Shown here in pieces: positions 41,301 to 51,070 of a DNA stretch of 64,000 nt. Numbering within the stretch: the first letter of the stretch is position 1; each line of letters begins with the position of its first letter. Location of the stretch: IMG/VR virus record IMGVR_UViG_3300006310_000773; one strand, 5' to 3'. The stretch is from a virus. The position numbers and the translations under genes were made by a program. The notes under the pieces are model-generated. The model saw only the letters and a list, made by a program, of their open reading frames with translations, did no database searches and was not told the origin of the DNA.

Positions 41301-41908
41301 GCTCTATTATAAAAAACCTTTCCATTCCAAATTACATAATTTGTATGATTATTTTCATACATTTCCCAAGATTTTTCATGAGGAATACCTGGCCTGTATG
41401 GTTGATTTCCTTCTGCTGCCTTCATATCATCAATATCAACTATCGGGTAAGCTGTAAATTCAATTTTATTCGTAAAGGGATTAACGTATATTCCTGATAT
41501 TGCTGCTTTTTTTATTCGAAGATTTGGTGTTCTAGATTTGACTTTATAGATTGATAATTTTGGATTTTGACCATTGATAAAAATAGTATATATTCCTGAC
41601 CCCATAAAATCGTCAATTTGATTTTGAATCTTTGAGATCATTGCATCTAAAATTAAAAATAATGGATTTATCGACGCAAGAAGAAAAGCCTTATTTGCCT
41701 TCAACAATAACTGACCAGTTTCCATTGCTTTTTTATATGCTGATATCGCCTCTGTTACATTTTCTATCAGGTCTGGAAAAAGTTGATTAGTTTTAACACT
41801 TGCTGCTAACCAATTTCCCTCCTTAATAGCTTTTTCCCGCAGCGCTCTTTTCTCTTCTGAACCGCCCTCAACTAAACGACTAACATTTCCACCTTTTCGA
41901 AAAGTCAT
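38318..41908 (-). CDS. 1196-aa baseplate-region protein with a central coiled coil and amphipathic termini
   Basis: Long E/K-rich heptad region; related N- and C-terminal segments (GSGIYTIFI / DAGIYFLYI). Confidence 0.6.
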   Translation of the reverse strand: MTFRKGGNVSRLVEGGSEEKRALREKAIKEGNWLAASVKTNQLFPDLIENVTEAISAYKKAMETGQLLLKANKAFLLASINPLFLILDAMISKIQNQIDDFMGSGIYTIFINGQNPKLSIYKVKSRTPNLRIKKAAISGIYVNPFTNKIEFTAYPIVDIDDMKAAEGNQPYRPGIPHEKSWEMYENNHTNYVIWNGKVFYNRAIPGVSGSAQGKPVLEKSGDGYHDITYPDSIWALGGEMQICKPSKMIEIMNAAFDDKGDVNRPVISEDGIAGALVIILGTSDPAKIVEKLAKLYNYFADIRPIKDAFDIAVELTNDLDALREEKIVVTNLCAPNPGMTNPPIEKWPIKPGKKSSIKAERDIFKIGTNSDNKEKFRRRGIDINSNKEDKVFFKNLRTREVMQILASGTATKFEAPTSGGTDETSNTEWYDHITPGVETAAGDASVDLFTQGTTERYEQSIDVLHETIFPNTRPGDILVEVELDNRLGVIDEEGQPTKPDPGGGDAFKVWNSYVLKNGTKVFGEDDQKEDIMKRIMAMRRWKHDSGADSRQVALYQYYNDKISQGGYEESLTYHRKLSQEETSQREEQLENSALAATSAVGTTEAEIEKIKTQIGQLKVPEHSVGAPTDRLQQHEADKVQKDKQIAEIESSIERTETRIKEKEAEISTREEEKDKALETLSAEMKSVQESESKQVNAQENLTSLETDLINIEKEVRDYEESKRQEIFQQAYDVEMTRIGNSMTFSEADVLAYKYGVKESTPAKIEEKLYRDDQHYRDISLEWASLKSQKSKASQTLETATAAVEGRNEDGSSGEYSGQIEYYDAEIEKLKVEINGFEEDKQSSQTKIETLEEEKVKLDEAIALRNLEISSTHSRFEDKIQELELALTNKTAQLETAKEAERKSNEGIVWEGGSVRSLREHTTQSMGFGVVTDSHHGAPVLTGAPDAQGARLWEELLHKLVNDDDDDQDPDKPDYDDDELGDLTDEESTWAAQMILEGSGLNAADINVDLLRHFEAILDGYLWLPNWKNQGSANLPAPRVCSVQAINKNTLKKEDIPESVYPDFWSMNVEDVVPALRPILELLIDFLEGLKGIGSGLIKKIDDLIEFIEEKIVPKLVKILKLMEEFLALIKIGIVDAGIYFLYIPPANGGTERVRNKLINAGNPPPENIDFTYGMMLFLGGDGSQKTAKLLEAAGLV

Positions 41909-42060
41909 TCATTCTCCTTCTTTTTTTCTTTTAAAACATCCACTTCTTTTTTCAAACTAACAATAGTTCCTTTTATTATATCAATCATAGATTCTATTTG
42001 ATCAGCCATTGGATTTGGTGGCAGTTCTTCTTCTGTAGTTTTCCATTTATCAGTTTCCAT
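41905..42060 (-). CDS. 51-aa hypothetical protein (absent from the ORF track)
   Basis: Hand translation METDKWKTTEEELPPNPMADQIESMIDIIKGTIVSLKKEVDVLKEKKKENE; fills the gap and overlaps both neighbours. Confidence 0.65.
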   Translation of the reverse strand: METDKWKTTEEELPPNPMADQIESMIDIIKGTIVSLKKEVDVLKEKKKENE

Positions 42061-44617
42061 AATATTTACTCCTTCCTTTCAACATATCATATTCATTTCT
42101 TTTATCTCTAACTTCTTTATATTTAAACTGTAAAGAGTCTGCCTCTGCTACAACTTCATTAATTAACCCTATATCATCACCTAAAGCAACATTTACCGCT
42201 TCATATATTGTTCTTCCATAAGGAACCAATGTCCCTGAAGCTTTAGCGGGAAGAGCTGAAACTCTTATACCAGGTTCAGTTCCATTAGATGATTGACCTC
42301 CACTATAAGTGGGATTTCCAATTCTAGCATTCAATTCTGTCAATCTTGTAGACATTTCAGAGTTACATGTATTTAAATCATCTCGTAAGGCATTAGCATC
42401 TGTCATAATATATGTTACATTATCAATCTCTTCATTATGGTAACTTTCCAAATCAGTAAATTCTTGTTTACAATTTCCTACAGCGGTATCAAATGTTTCC
42501 GCCGCCGTTTTCTTTGCTGCATCATATTCTCCTCCCCCGTCAACTTCTAAAAGAGGATCTCTATAAGATACTAATCCATCTAATGTGTCAATTTTTCCTT
42601 TTGCGAATGAGTAATCATTTGCAGCGGTAACTTCATCTCCATTTATTATATGTTGAACATCATTAAATAAACAATCAACTTCATTAATAGTATATGAAGT
42701 GCTATGTGTACTATGTGTAGCATTTGCTGAAGAACATCCCGCGCTGAATGTATGAATTTCAATCAATTTACTTGAAGGATTTCTCTCATATATACTAATG
42801 GGAGATACGGCGCTCATACCACTGCAAGAGCCTCCGCCAGTTGTATTTGTTTCGTTTCCTGGATTGGATGCTGAACCCCAACTAAAATAAGTACTATAAT
42901 TATCTCCTTGCCATCCTTCTACAGCAGGCACAGTTCCACCCGTTCCTATATAACCAGCCGTAGAAGTTACTTTGGTTGTTGAATTGGTAGCTCCATCTAA
43001 TGCATTCGCAACATTTGTCATTGCGGGCTGTAATTGTGGAGTGAATGTTGCTTGTGGTTCTGTTCCTCTAGCCGTTACAGTATTTGGTAATGTAGTAACT
43101 GTTGGAGTATAATTATGAGCTCCCACAAATGGACTCACCAAATAAAAAAAATGAGCACCGAAATCTATCATATATCGATAATCACCAATCAACGCTCCAG
43201 TAGTATCTTTTCTTTTTTCTTCATATTTTACAAACCTTCCTGCAAATATATCTTTCATTCCTAATCCAGTCGGCTGTAATCCCCCATCATCATAACTATC
43301 TCTGGCGCCTTGAACGGCAGGAAAAAGTGGATTTAATACGTTACCACTATAATCGCCCGTATCTTGTCCTATTTCTGAACTGGAGGAAACCAATTCTGTA
43401 GAAGCTGATTTAAATAAATCTAAAGAACTTGATTTCGCCGTTGGAGGATTAAATACACTAAGAGCGGTTTCAAATGCGGATTTATCCATAACTGTTAAAT
43501 CTTCAAATGATTCATTAGTTCCACCATAATTTCCATCATCATCACCAACAGGTTTCCAGGATGAATCAGGAACCATTCCCTCAGGAACAATTTGTGCAAT
43601 TGCGAACATTGTATTTTCTTCTCTTGTTGGCATAATTTGTTTTGATGTAATCTCTAAATTAGTATATACCTTATCAACATTATCATTAAGTACTACCACA
43701 TTTAAATCTGTATCAATTGCGACTACAGTAAGATTAGATGTCCATGCCGTACTTGATAATTCTGATCCCATTACTAATTTCGATGCATCAGAAGTGGTTA
43801 TAGTATTTCCTGTAATATTTGTTACTAAATCTAATGTTGTATTAGCAGTTATAGTAAATGTTTCAAAATCATGAGTAAATCTTTTTAATCCAAAAAAATC
43901 TCCAATTTTAGGTGGAGAAACATCAACTTCTGCAGAACCTTGTTCTAAAGTATGAGATAAGGTAACAAACTGATCTAAGGTAGAATTAAATTCTACAGAA
44001 CCGATATTAGCATATGCAAATTTTTCATTCCAGTTTCCCACTTCTGTAGTAACACTATCCCCAAATGTAACAGTGTTTCCAAATGCCATGTCGACTCCAG
44101 GATTGACATATGGAGTTGTATTAGCCATTAAATCTATTAATTTTCCCGTTTCTCTACTTCTAACAAAATAATAATCACCAATATAATTACTATAAGTATT
44201 AGACGTTCCATCCGCCTCAGTTGATGATACGGTACTTCCAGGAGTATCACTTAAAGAAATTGTATAATTAAGATCTTTATCTCGAATTAAAACACCGAAT
44301 TTGGGGTTTCCTCCCGCTCCACCGGTTAAAGAAGGATATGTAAAAGATGTTACTCCTGCATAATCACTTGGAGAACCTAAATTAAATTTTAAAATATCAC
44401 TACTACTTGCTCCCAAACAATTTGCTCTTATTTGGGCATTTGCTAATGCTAATGCAGGAACATCTACCGAAGCAGCTACACCTGCACATAAATTAGCAAA
44501 CGCATCTTCAAATAATTCCAATTCTCCGATAATTCCCAATCTCGCATCTATCAAACTTTGAGGTAGAGCTTCAATATCTTCTTTAGTTTCTAATATTTTT
44601 TCAACTTGAGATGTCAT
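42050..44617 (-). CDS. Putative structural protein of the baseplate region
   Basis: 855 aa, T/S/G-rich, in the gp5-gp25 operon with ATGA coupling. Confidence 0.55.
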   Translation of the reverse strand: MTSQVEKILETKEDIEALPQSLIDARLGIIGELELFEDAFANLCAGVAASVDVPALALANAQIRANCLGASSSDILKFNLGSPSDYAGVTSFTYPSLTGGAGGNPKFGVLIRDKDLNYTISLSDTPGSTVSSTEADGTSNTYSNYIGDYYFVRSRETGKLIDLMANTTPYVNPGVDMAFGNTVTFGDSVTTEVGNWNEKFAYANIGSVEFNSTLDQFVTLSHTLEQGSAEVDVSPPKIGDFFGLKRFTHDFETFTITANTTLDLVTNITGNTITTSDASKLVMGSELSSTAWTSNLTVVAIDTDLNVVVLNDNVDKVYTNLEITSKQIMPTREENTMFAIAQIVPEGMVPDSSWKPVGDDDGNYGGTNESFEDLTVMDKSAFETALSVFNPPTAKSSSLDLFKSASTELVSSSSEIGQDTGDYSGNVLNPLFPAVQGARDSYDDGGLQPTGLGMKDIFAGRFVKYEEKRKDTTGALIGDYRYMIDFGAHFFYLVSPFVGAHNYTPTVTTLPNTVTARGTEPQATFTPQLQPAMTNVANALDGATNSTTKVTSTAGYIGTGGTVPAVEGWQGDNYSTYFSWGSASNPGNETNTTGGGSCSGMSAVSPISIYERNPSSKLIEIHTFSAGCSSANATHSTHSTSYTINEVDCLFNDVQHIINGDEVTAANDYSFAKGKIDTLDGLVSYRDPLLEVDGGGEYDAAKKTAAETFDTAVGNCKQEFTDLESYHNEEIDNVTYIMTDANALRDDLNTCNSEMSTRLTELNARIGNPTYSGGQSSNGTEPGIRVSALPAKASGTLVPYGRTIYEAVNVALGDDIGLINEVVAEADSLQFKYKEVRDKRNEYDMLKGRSKYYGN

Positions 44618-45096
44618 GCTGGTGGTCCTGTTACTACTACTGGTGGTGAACCAGGAATCATTGCTGTTATTACTATTTGTGTTGTATAATTATTTATCGC
44701 ATCTGCAATATCTGAGCCAAATTGTGCTCCAGAAGCTGGCTGTTTTGAAAAAATTTTACCCATTTTTGTTAAAAACATTGGAAGACCCGCTGTCGTTACT
44801 ATAGAAATTTGGTTTGAACATTGTAATGTCATAAAAGCTCCATCAATTTTCTTCGCAACCTTTTGCCCTATCAGTGCTGGTATTGGTGATTGCTTTTGCA
44901 TAATTTTCCCTATTTCTAAATTTAATGTTTGTAATTTCGGCATAGCTGCGTAATTTCCCCCAGCCGGATCCATTGCATTAGAAATATACTGTTCTACTCC
45001 ATCCTTAATTATCTTCCCTACATCTAATCCTGTTGTATTAGCTTTTGCGAATCCGGATTGTAATCCTGCTTTTATTTGTGGCATTCCTAAAGGCAT
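44614..45096 (-). CDS. Hypothetical gp5-adjacent protein
   Basis: 160 aa, internally repeated, C-terminal PGSPPVVVTGP. Confidence 0.55.
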   Translation of the reverse strand: MPLGMPQIKAGLQSGFAKANTTGLDVGKIIKDGVEQYISNAMDPAGGNYAAMPKLQTLNLEIGKIMQKQSPIPALIGQKVAKKIDGAFMTLQCSNQISIVTTAGLPMFLTKMGKIFSKQPASGAQFGSDIADAINNYTTQIVITAMIPGSPPVVVTGPPA

Positions 45097-45103
45097 ATTG
45101 TCC

Positions 45104-46954
45104 TTACATTATACATTGCATAATTTTTGTTTTAACTAAATTTAGTGCCGCAGTATTTAATGGCATTCCACTATTTCCTGAACCAGTAGGCACTGTTATC
45201 TTTGTAATTTCATCTATTAAATCATCAAAACATGATTTTAAAGACTTTCCTGCACCACTAATAGATAACGGTGCACCAGATTTTAAACTATACGTTCCAA
45301 ACGTTCCTGAAAATGCGACGGGTGATTGCATCACTATTCCAGCTGGAGAAATTACAATTTTTCCAAGAGTTCCAGTATTACCTAAAAATAAATTAATATA
45401 ACCTGTGGCGCCAACCGCACTTTCTGCCGCATTGATCTCTATGGGTGCTAATCCTGTATGTAATTTAATTCCAGATCCCGCAATAAATGGCGTTCCTATA
45501 GTTTGAATATCGATGGCGCCTATAGATGTGGTAATATTGACATCACCAGATCCAGATAATCCAACAGTACCTTCTGATCTCATCTTAATTTGTGAAGCAT
45601 CTGCAAATAGGGGGCCTTCAGCGTCAAGTCGCATTAATCCTGTTGTATTTAATTCTAAAGTACCACCACCAGAAATAGTAGATCCTTTTTTTGTACCTAC
45701 CATAAAACTAGTTGTATTCGATTCATATCTATCAGAAGTAATATAATAATTTCCACCATCAACATTTGCATAATATGATCCACCCGCTCCAACTTTTAAA
45801 GAAAAATTTCCTTGTGTGGATTGTTGATCTCTATTAACAAATAACTGAAAACTCTTATCAATTGTTTCAATCTTATGTCCTTCAATATGTTCATATGAAT
45901 TTGAATGGACTATATTATACGCCTCATTTACTGATTTTGTTACTACAGTTCCGTCAGGATGATATTCTAAAAATGATCCTGACCTATGATATAAATGTAC
46001 TCTTTCAGAATCAGGAGTATCATCAAATTCAAAAACATGTCCACTTTCCGTTTGTTGTACATGATTATATGGATATACTGCATTATATGGTGGTAGAGGT
46101 TCAGAAAATCTATTTATTATTGGTTTAAGTAATGCTTCTTTAAATTTATCAGAACTGAGCTGAAGTGGAGTAAGAAAAGGCAGGTTCATATTCTTTCTTA
46201 TATTTACTATTGAACCAAAATCACCACCAGTACCCACATTTACTTGGCCCGCATTGCGTGAATTTTTCTTTCTTTTTAAAATAGAATACTGACTTTCTGT
46301 TCTTTTTCCATCTTCAGAAGTTCTTAATTTTGATGTTGGATCACTATATCCTCTTGCTAATCTATTTGTAGTTGGTTCATTCAAATAATGATAAGAAGGA
46401 AAAGGAGAAAGTTGTTCTTGTTCAGTAATTATTACACCATCACCCGCACCAGAATATTCTAATATTTCCGGTTCTCGAGGAACTTTATCTGATTGTCTTG
46501 TATCAGCGCCAAGTAATAAAGATCTAACTCTTTTTTTAGCGGCTTCTAAACTAAATGGGTGTGTATCAGATGCAATTGCATTGTCATACATCCTAGCATC
46601 ATAAAAACCTATTTGAGCCGTATAAATTTCTCTCACATCTTGTTCAGGAACTCCGTGTAATGTACCCATCATTACTGGTTCTTGTGCTTCTCTTCCATCA
46701 CGAAAAAATCCCATTACCCAAGTTCCCTCTACAGGCCCAAGTGGGGTTTGTCCAACTCCCGTCTGAGAAGCAGAGGTTATTGGCATCAATGGAAAAGCCC
46801 ACGGCAAATCTATAGGAGGCATTAATTTTTTATCATCAGTATGCCAACCCAAACAGCGAACTTTACATCTACCTAAGTACATTGGATCATGTCTATCTTC
46901 AACAACACCAACCCACCAAATAAATTCCATTCCCATAGAATCAGAAGTTAACAT
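45104..46954 (-). CDS. gp5: Baseplate hub/spike, T4 gp5-like (OB-fold plus beta-helix, no obvious lysozyme domain)
   Basis: WWVGVVEDRHDP..GRCKVRCLGWH..LPWA; GTWVMGFFRDG; YPYNHV..TESGH..EFDDTP..ER. Confidence 0.92.
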   Translation of the reverse strand: MLTSDSMGMEFIWWVGVVEDRHDPMYLGRCKVRCLGWHTDDKKLMPPIDLPWAFPLMPITSASQTGVGQTPLGPVEGTWVMGFFRDGREAQEPVMMGTLHGVPEQDVREIYTAQIGFYDARMYDNAIASDTHPFSLEAAKKRVRSLLLGADTRQSDKVPREPEILEYSGAGDGVIITEQEQLSPFPSYHYLNEPTTNRLARGYSDPTSKLRTSEDGKRTESQYSILKRKKNSRNAGQVNVGTGGDFGSIVNIRKNMNLPFLTPLQLSSDKFKEALLKPIINRFSEPLPPYNAVYPYNHVQQTESGHVFEFDDTPDSERVHLYHRSGSFLEYHPDGTVVTKSVNEAYNIVHSNSYEHIEGHKIETIDKSFQLFVNRDQQSTQGNFSLKVGAGGSYYANVDGGNYYITSDRYESNTTSFMVGTKKGSTISGGGTLELNTTGLMRLDAEGPLFADASQIKMRSEGTVGLSGSGDVNITTSIGAIDIQTIGTPFIAGSGIKLHTGLAPIEINAAESAVGATGYINLFLGNTGTLGKIVISPAGIVMQSPVAFSGTFGTYSLKSGAPLSISGAGKSLKSCFDDLIDEITKITVPTGSGNSGMPLNTAALNLVKTKIMQCIM

Positions 46955-46960
46955 ATTTTC

Positions 46961-48712
46961 TTATCTCCCACTTTGACCTTTCATTCTTCCAGATACAGCA
47001 AGTGCTTCATCTGTATCTTTGCCTTCCCATGTGCCAAAATTAGATGGAACATAATCAGTTCCTGGTAATTTTCTAGATAATCCATCTTTCATTACATGTA
47101 AGCTTAAAGAATGTTCAATTCTACTCTGCGTTTTTTGAAAAACATGTGATAATCTTGTTACTACAAATTTTCCAGAAGCCAAAGTCGACTGCCTCATTGT
47201 CATATTACCAGTGAGCTCACCTAATTTGGTCGGTAATTGTAAATTTATAACATCACCAACCTCTCTGTGTGTATTTCCTGGAACCGTTATTTGATATATG
47301 AAATTATTCAATAATTGATCTTGCATTTTTCTTTTAGCATACCAATTTTCTATGTGTGTTTCTCTTAATCTAGAATCTTGAGGAGCTCCTTCACTATTAA
47401 TATCCGTAAATCTCACATAACAACCTTCATTCGTCGATTTTAATGAAACATTCGCTTGAGGTTTTCCTATTACGTCTGATCCTCTAGATATTACAGGGGC
47501 ATCAGATAAATGAAATGTATCATCATCAATGACATATGTTTGATGTTGATGTTTAGAATTATTTTCAACAGTATTTCCAAAATCATTTGCAGTAGTGGGA
47601 GGTAATACTTGAATCAGTGCACCAGTTTCAGCATCCGTTCGAATATTTCCAGCGTCTAAATAACCTTTCTTATAATATAAATCATGATAATCATGACGCA
47701 TTCTTATAATATTATGGGTTATTAATCTATTTCCATACATACCATTTTTTAAATTGGTATCAACAGATATTGAAGATACTCTTTGATAATCGAGAATCTT
47801 ATGGCTTTCAATAGCTACTTCATCATATGCATTTTTATAAGATAATCCCACAGGAGCAGAAACATATTGAATTTTTTCATTTCCTTGCATTAATGTCTCT
47901 AAAGATTTAAATTTAAATCCTCCTCTTATTGTATCATAAAAACAATAAAATGCTCCCTTTGTATCTTTTCCTTCTTCAGTAAGTCCTGCAGCTTGGAATA
48001 ATCCCGGATCAACTTGACCAGCATCATAGCCTTGAGCTGCGGTTCCCGATCCTGCTGCTTCAGCTCTGGATGCTAAAAATAACATTGCCTGAAAAGGTGT
48101 TAAATTTGGTATAGTGAAATTGTGCTCAGACTTTGTGGTTTCAACATCTAGAACTCTTTCCGGAATCTCCAGATTTGCAGTCGCGGCACCAGAAGTGTGT
48201 GGATTGATATAATCTTCATATATATTTTCAACCATATCACTAATTTTCATTCCAGCATAACATTTTTGAACTTTTGTTGCTAAATTAATAACATATTCAA
48301 TACTAGTGAAATTTAAAGTATAGGTAACTAATCTATCATTTTTGGGATCTATATTAAAATTTGTTACTTTTACAACTCGAAAATATCTATCTATTTTATC
48401 TTCAGGTATATCTGCTCCAACAGATTGAAAGGATATATGAAGAACCTCTTCTCCAATAATAGGTATTCTTTCAAATAACCCAGTTGCATCACCAATATCT
48501 ATATATCCACTAACATAAGGAGAAAATATATTTTCAGTAATCTCACATCTAGTAAACATTTTTGTAAGATCAACAATACCTCCGGGAAAATTATTAGGAC
48601 TAATTATACTAAAATGGTTAATTTTAACATGTCCCGCATACTTAGGGATTGTATGTGCCGTTTGTAAACGGTCACCATTGAAAATAATTGAATCATAATT
48701 ATTAGATGCCAT
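46961..48712 (-). CDS. Baseplate hub protein (gp27-like)
   Basis: ITENIFSPYVSGYIDIGD..PIIGEE; FKFKSLETL; VPGN..VGDVINL..SGKFVVTRLSH; between gp53 and gp5. Confidence 0.65.
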   Translation of the reverse strand: MASNNYDSIIFNGDRLQTAHTIPKYAGHVKINHFSIISPNNFPGGIVDLTKMFTRCEITENIFSPYVSGYIDIGDATGLFERIPIIGEEVLHISFQSVGADIPEDKIDRYFRVVKVTNFNIDPKNDRLVTYTLNFTSIEYVINLATKVQKCYAGMKISDMVENIYEDYINPHTSGAATANLEIPERVLDVETTKSEHNFTIPNLTPFQAMLFLASRAEAAGSGTAAQGYDAGQVDPGLFQAAGLTEEGKDTKGAFYCFYDTIRGGFKFKSLETLMQGNEKIQYVSAPVGLSYKNAYDEVAIESHKILDYQRVSSISVDTNLKNGMYGNRLITHNIIRMRHDYHDLYYKKGYLDAGNIRTDAETGALIQVLPPTTANDFGNTVENNSKHQHQTYVIDDDTFHLSDAPVISRGSDVIGKPQANVSLKSTNEGCYVRFTDINSEGAPQDSRLRETHIENWYAKRKMQDQLLNNFIYQITVPGNTHREVGDVINLQLPTKLGELTGNMTMRQSTLASGKFVVTRLSHVFQKTQSRIEHSLSLHVMKDGLSRKLPGTDYVPSNFGTWEGKDTDEALAVSGRMKGQSGR

Positions 48713-48721
48713 TTATATACC

Positions 48722-49330
48722 TTAACTAAACATATTTCTTGCTGTTTCCAAAATCTGCTCGACCCAAGAATCATCTATCAAAGCAATTGTCTTTTTACTA
48801 TCATTGCGTAAAATCTCATATTCATAATCAGACACAGTTCTTTCCATACCATCACCCTGTGCGGCAACAAGTTGATAACGAGTTGCATCTACTTCATAAA
48901 ATCTCTCTTCTATTCTTTCTTGTCCTGCACTTGCTGGAACTAATTTTTGTAGTATTTCTTCATAATGATGAACTCCACTATGGGCGGCATCTAAGCTTCC
49001 ATATTTACATATTATATGTTTTCTTAATTCGTCTTGAGATAATGGCCAATCAAAGATAGGATCAAGAATATTATTTGCTAAGAATATAAGCCAAACATAT
49101 TCAAATCCACCATAATATCGAAGAGATAATGTATCAGCCCGTTCTCCTTCAGGAATATTATAAAGCTGCTTAGTATATACAGCTGATTTTATAGAAGATT
49201 TTAATCTATGTCTTAATGATATATCAGTTACTAATTTTTGATGAATTATATCTATTTTTTTTCCAGCATGATTTGTGCCGGTATCAAATTTATAATACAA
49301 TGCTGGCATATTTTTAAAATATTCTGACAT
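48722..49330 (-). CDS. gp53: Baseplate wedge protein, T4 gp53-like
   Basis: YFKNMP; GERADTLSLRYYG..WLIFLANNILDP..DWPL..KYG; HHYE. Confidence 0.88.
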   Translation of the reverse strand: MSEYFKNMPALYYKFDTGTNHAGKKIDIIHQKLVTDISLRHRLKSSIKSAVYTKQLYNIPEGERADTLSLRYYGGFEYVWLIFLANNILDPIFDWPLSQDELRKHIICKYGSLDAAHSGVHHYEEILQKLVPASAGQERIEERFYEVDATRYQLVAAQGDGMERTVSDYEYEILRNDSKKTIALIDDSWVEQILETARNMFS

Positions 49331-50559
49331 TATTTGTAAGGCCCTTCACCTGTTTGATAAGAATGATACACGCCCTTTTCTTTGCCATCGCCACCTTCCC
49401 ACGTGAAATTTACCGGGCCTCCAGCAAGTCTCGCCTTACGCGCTCTTATAAATGCCGCCGTCCAACCGCCCGGGCCCGCGCCTGCGCCGTTGGGCGAGGT
49501 GCGTGCAGGTGCGGGTTTTTCACGTGTGGGTGCAACTTCGGATGATTGGACTGCATCAGAAGTAGAGTTGTCCAACAGATCTATATTCTCTAAAATAAAT
49601 TCTGTTTCTTGAAACACTAATGATAATTTTGTATGTACTGGAAGTGGATCTCCAACTGGATTATCATAAAATGTCGGGCCTGATGCTGATGCATCAAAAT
49701 TTATATCCATAGCTGTTAATACAGACCTTCTTATTCCCATTTGATCAAATCTTTTAGGTCCAGCTGATGTACCAATATAAAAATCAATAAAAAATTCGTG
49801 TGGAAAATCAAAATACACACTCTTCATTCCATAAAAATTATTCATTTTTGGTAACATTCTTCTTTTAAAGGTTTGAACGATATTTCTTACCGCAACAGCT
49901 TCTGTATAATTTCTTGGCCAAAAATCGAATGTCATATCATGTGTTCTAAATGCTCCAGGGCCTTGATATATCATAGCAATGTGTGGATTTATCCCTACTC
50001 CAAACGTAGCTGAAACCGGCGCTAAAGATCCACCAAAATTTGCTATCGCTAATGCTCCCGCACTTGATGCAAAATCTTTTACATCATCTGAAAGGCCTTC
50101 CACCCCCGCTGCTATTGCTTCAGATACGGACTTACTACCTAGACCCTCGCCCACAGCCTTCATTCCTATTCCCGCTAAAACACCAACTACTGCAGCGACT
50201 CCTTTAAACCTTTTTGCTAATGTAGACGCAACAGCGGCACCGGTCATACCAGCACCCATAGTAGCTCCAGAAGATTCAAAAATTGCTCCACCTGTTAGGG
50301 GTGTAAAATTTCCTGTAAATTTAGTTTTCATTGATCCAGGTGGAATATGTAATGCTATGTCAGATGCCCCGAATTCAGCCCCCCTACCGCGATTTCTAGG
50401 TCCTCCTGGTTGTGCATGAAATAATATAAAATTTTGAGTATCTGTCTGGACTTCTCCTAAAGTTAATGGATATTTTAATACTGATGCTCCTTCACCCATC
50501 GTGACACCACCATAAGCTACCGTTGCTGCTCTACTATTCATCAAATTTGGATCTGACAT
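49330..50559 (-). CDS. gp48: Baseplate tail-tube cap, T4 gp48-like, with a GC-rich C-terminal extension
   Basis: LKYPL; INPH..YQGP..FRTHDMTFDFWPRN..EA..IVQTFK; LSLVFQETE. Confidence 0.8.
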   Translation of the reverse strand: MSDPNLMNSRAATVAYGGVTMGEGASVLKYPLTLGEVQTDTQNFILFHAQPGGPRNRGRGAEFGASDIALHIPPGSMKTKFTGNFTPLTGGAIFESSGATMGAGMTGAAVASTLAKRFKGVAAVVGVLAGIGMKAVGEGLGSKSVSEAIAAGVEGLSDDVKDFASSAGALAIANFGGSLAPVSATFGVGINPHIAMIYQGPGAFRTHDMTFDFWPRNYTEAVAVRNIVQTFKRRMLPKMNNFYGMKSVYFDFPHEFFIDFYIGTSAGPKRFDQMGIRRSVLTAMDINFDASASGPTFYDNPVGDPLPVHTKLSLVFQETEFILENIDLLDNSTSDAVQSSEVAPTREKPAPARTSPNGAGAGPGGWTAAFIRARKARLAGGPVNFTWEGGDGKEKGVYHSYQTGEGPYK

Positions 50560-50607
50560 TTTGCTTTTCTTTCTAAATATAAATGTATCTTAAAAACTAT
50601 TCATTTC

Positions 50608-50615
50608 TATTTATA
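50608..50615 (-). promoter_or_regulatory. T4-type late promoter TATAAATA for the gp48-gp53-gp5 operon
   Basis: Exact consensus at the divergent gp48/gp4 junction. Confidence 0.65.
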
Positions 50616-51070
50616 TGGCATACAAAGGAAAATACAAACCAAAGAATCCTAATAAATATAAGGGTAATCCCACAAAGATCATTTATAGGTCTGGTTGGGA
50701 AAGAAAAGTGATGGAAAAATTGGATTTAAGTTCTCAAGTGGAGCAATGGGCGTCTGAAGAAGTCATTATTCCGTATAGATCACCAATTGATAGAAAAATT
50801 CATCGATATTTTCCGGATTTTTGGGTCAAATTTGCGAATAAAAAGGTTGTGATTATCGAAGTCAAGCCGAACAAAGAGACAAAACCGCCCAAAATGAAGG
50901 AAAAATCGAGAAAATTCATCAGGGAAGCCAAAAAATGGGGCGTGAATGAGGCGAAATGGAAAGCCGCGACCGAATTTTGTAAAAATAGTGGATGGAATTT
51001 CTTAATTCTAGATGAATATGACTTAGGAATCAGAAAAAGAAGGAAAAATGGCGGAAACACCGAAAAATAG
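50615..51070 (+). CDS. gp4: Head completion nuclease, T4 gp4-like (TnsA-N fold)
   Basis: MAYKGKYKPKNPNKYKGNP..IIYRSGWE..WASEE..PY.SP.D..HRYFPDF..EVKP..NEAKW. Confidence 0.92.
   Translation: MAYKGKYKPKNPNKYKGNPTKIIYRSGWERKVMEKLDLSSQVEQWASEEVIIPYRSPIDRKIHRYFPDFWVKFANKKVVIIEVKPNKETKPPKMKEKSRKFIREAKKWGVNEAKWKAATEFCKNSGWNFLILDEYDLGIRKRRKNGGNTEK

Noticed and set aside
50615-51070. TnsA transposase or mobile element
   Set aside because: Sequence and context (next to gp2 and gp48) match the T4 gp4 head-completion protein.
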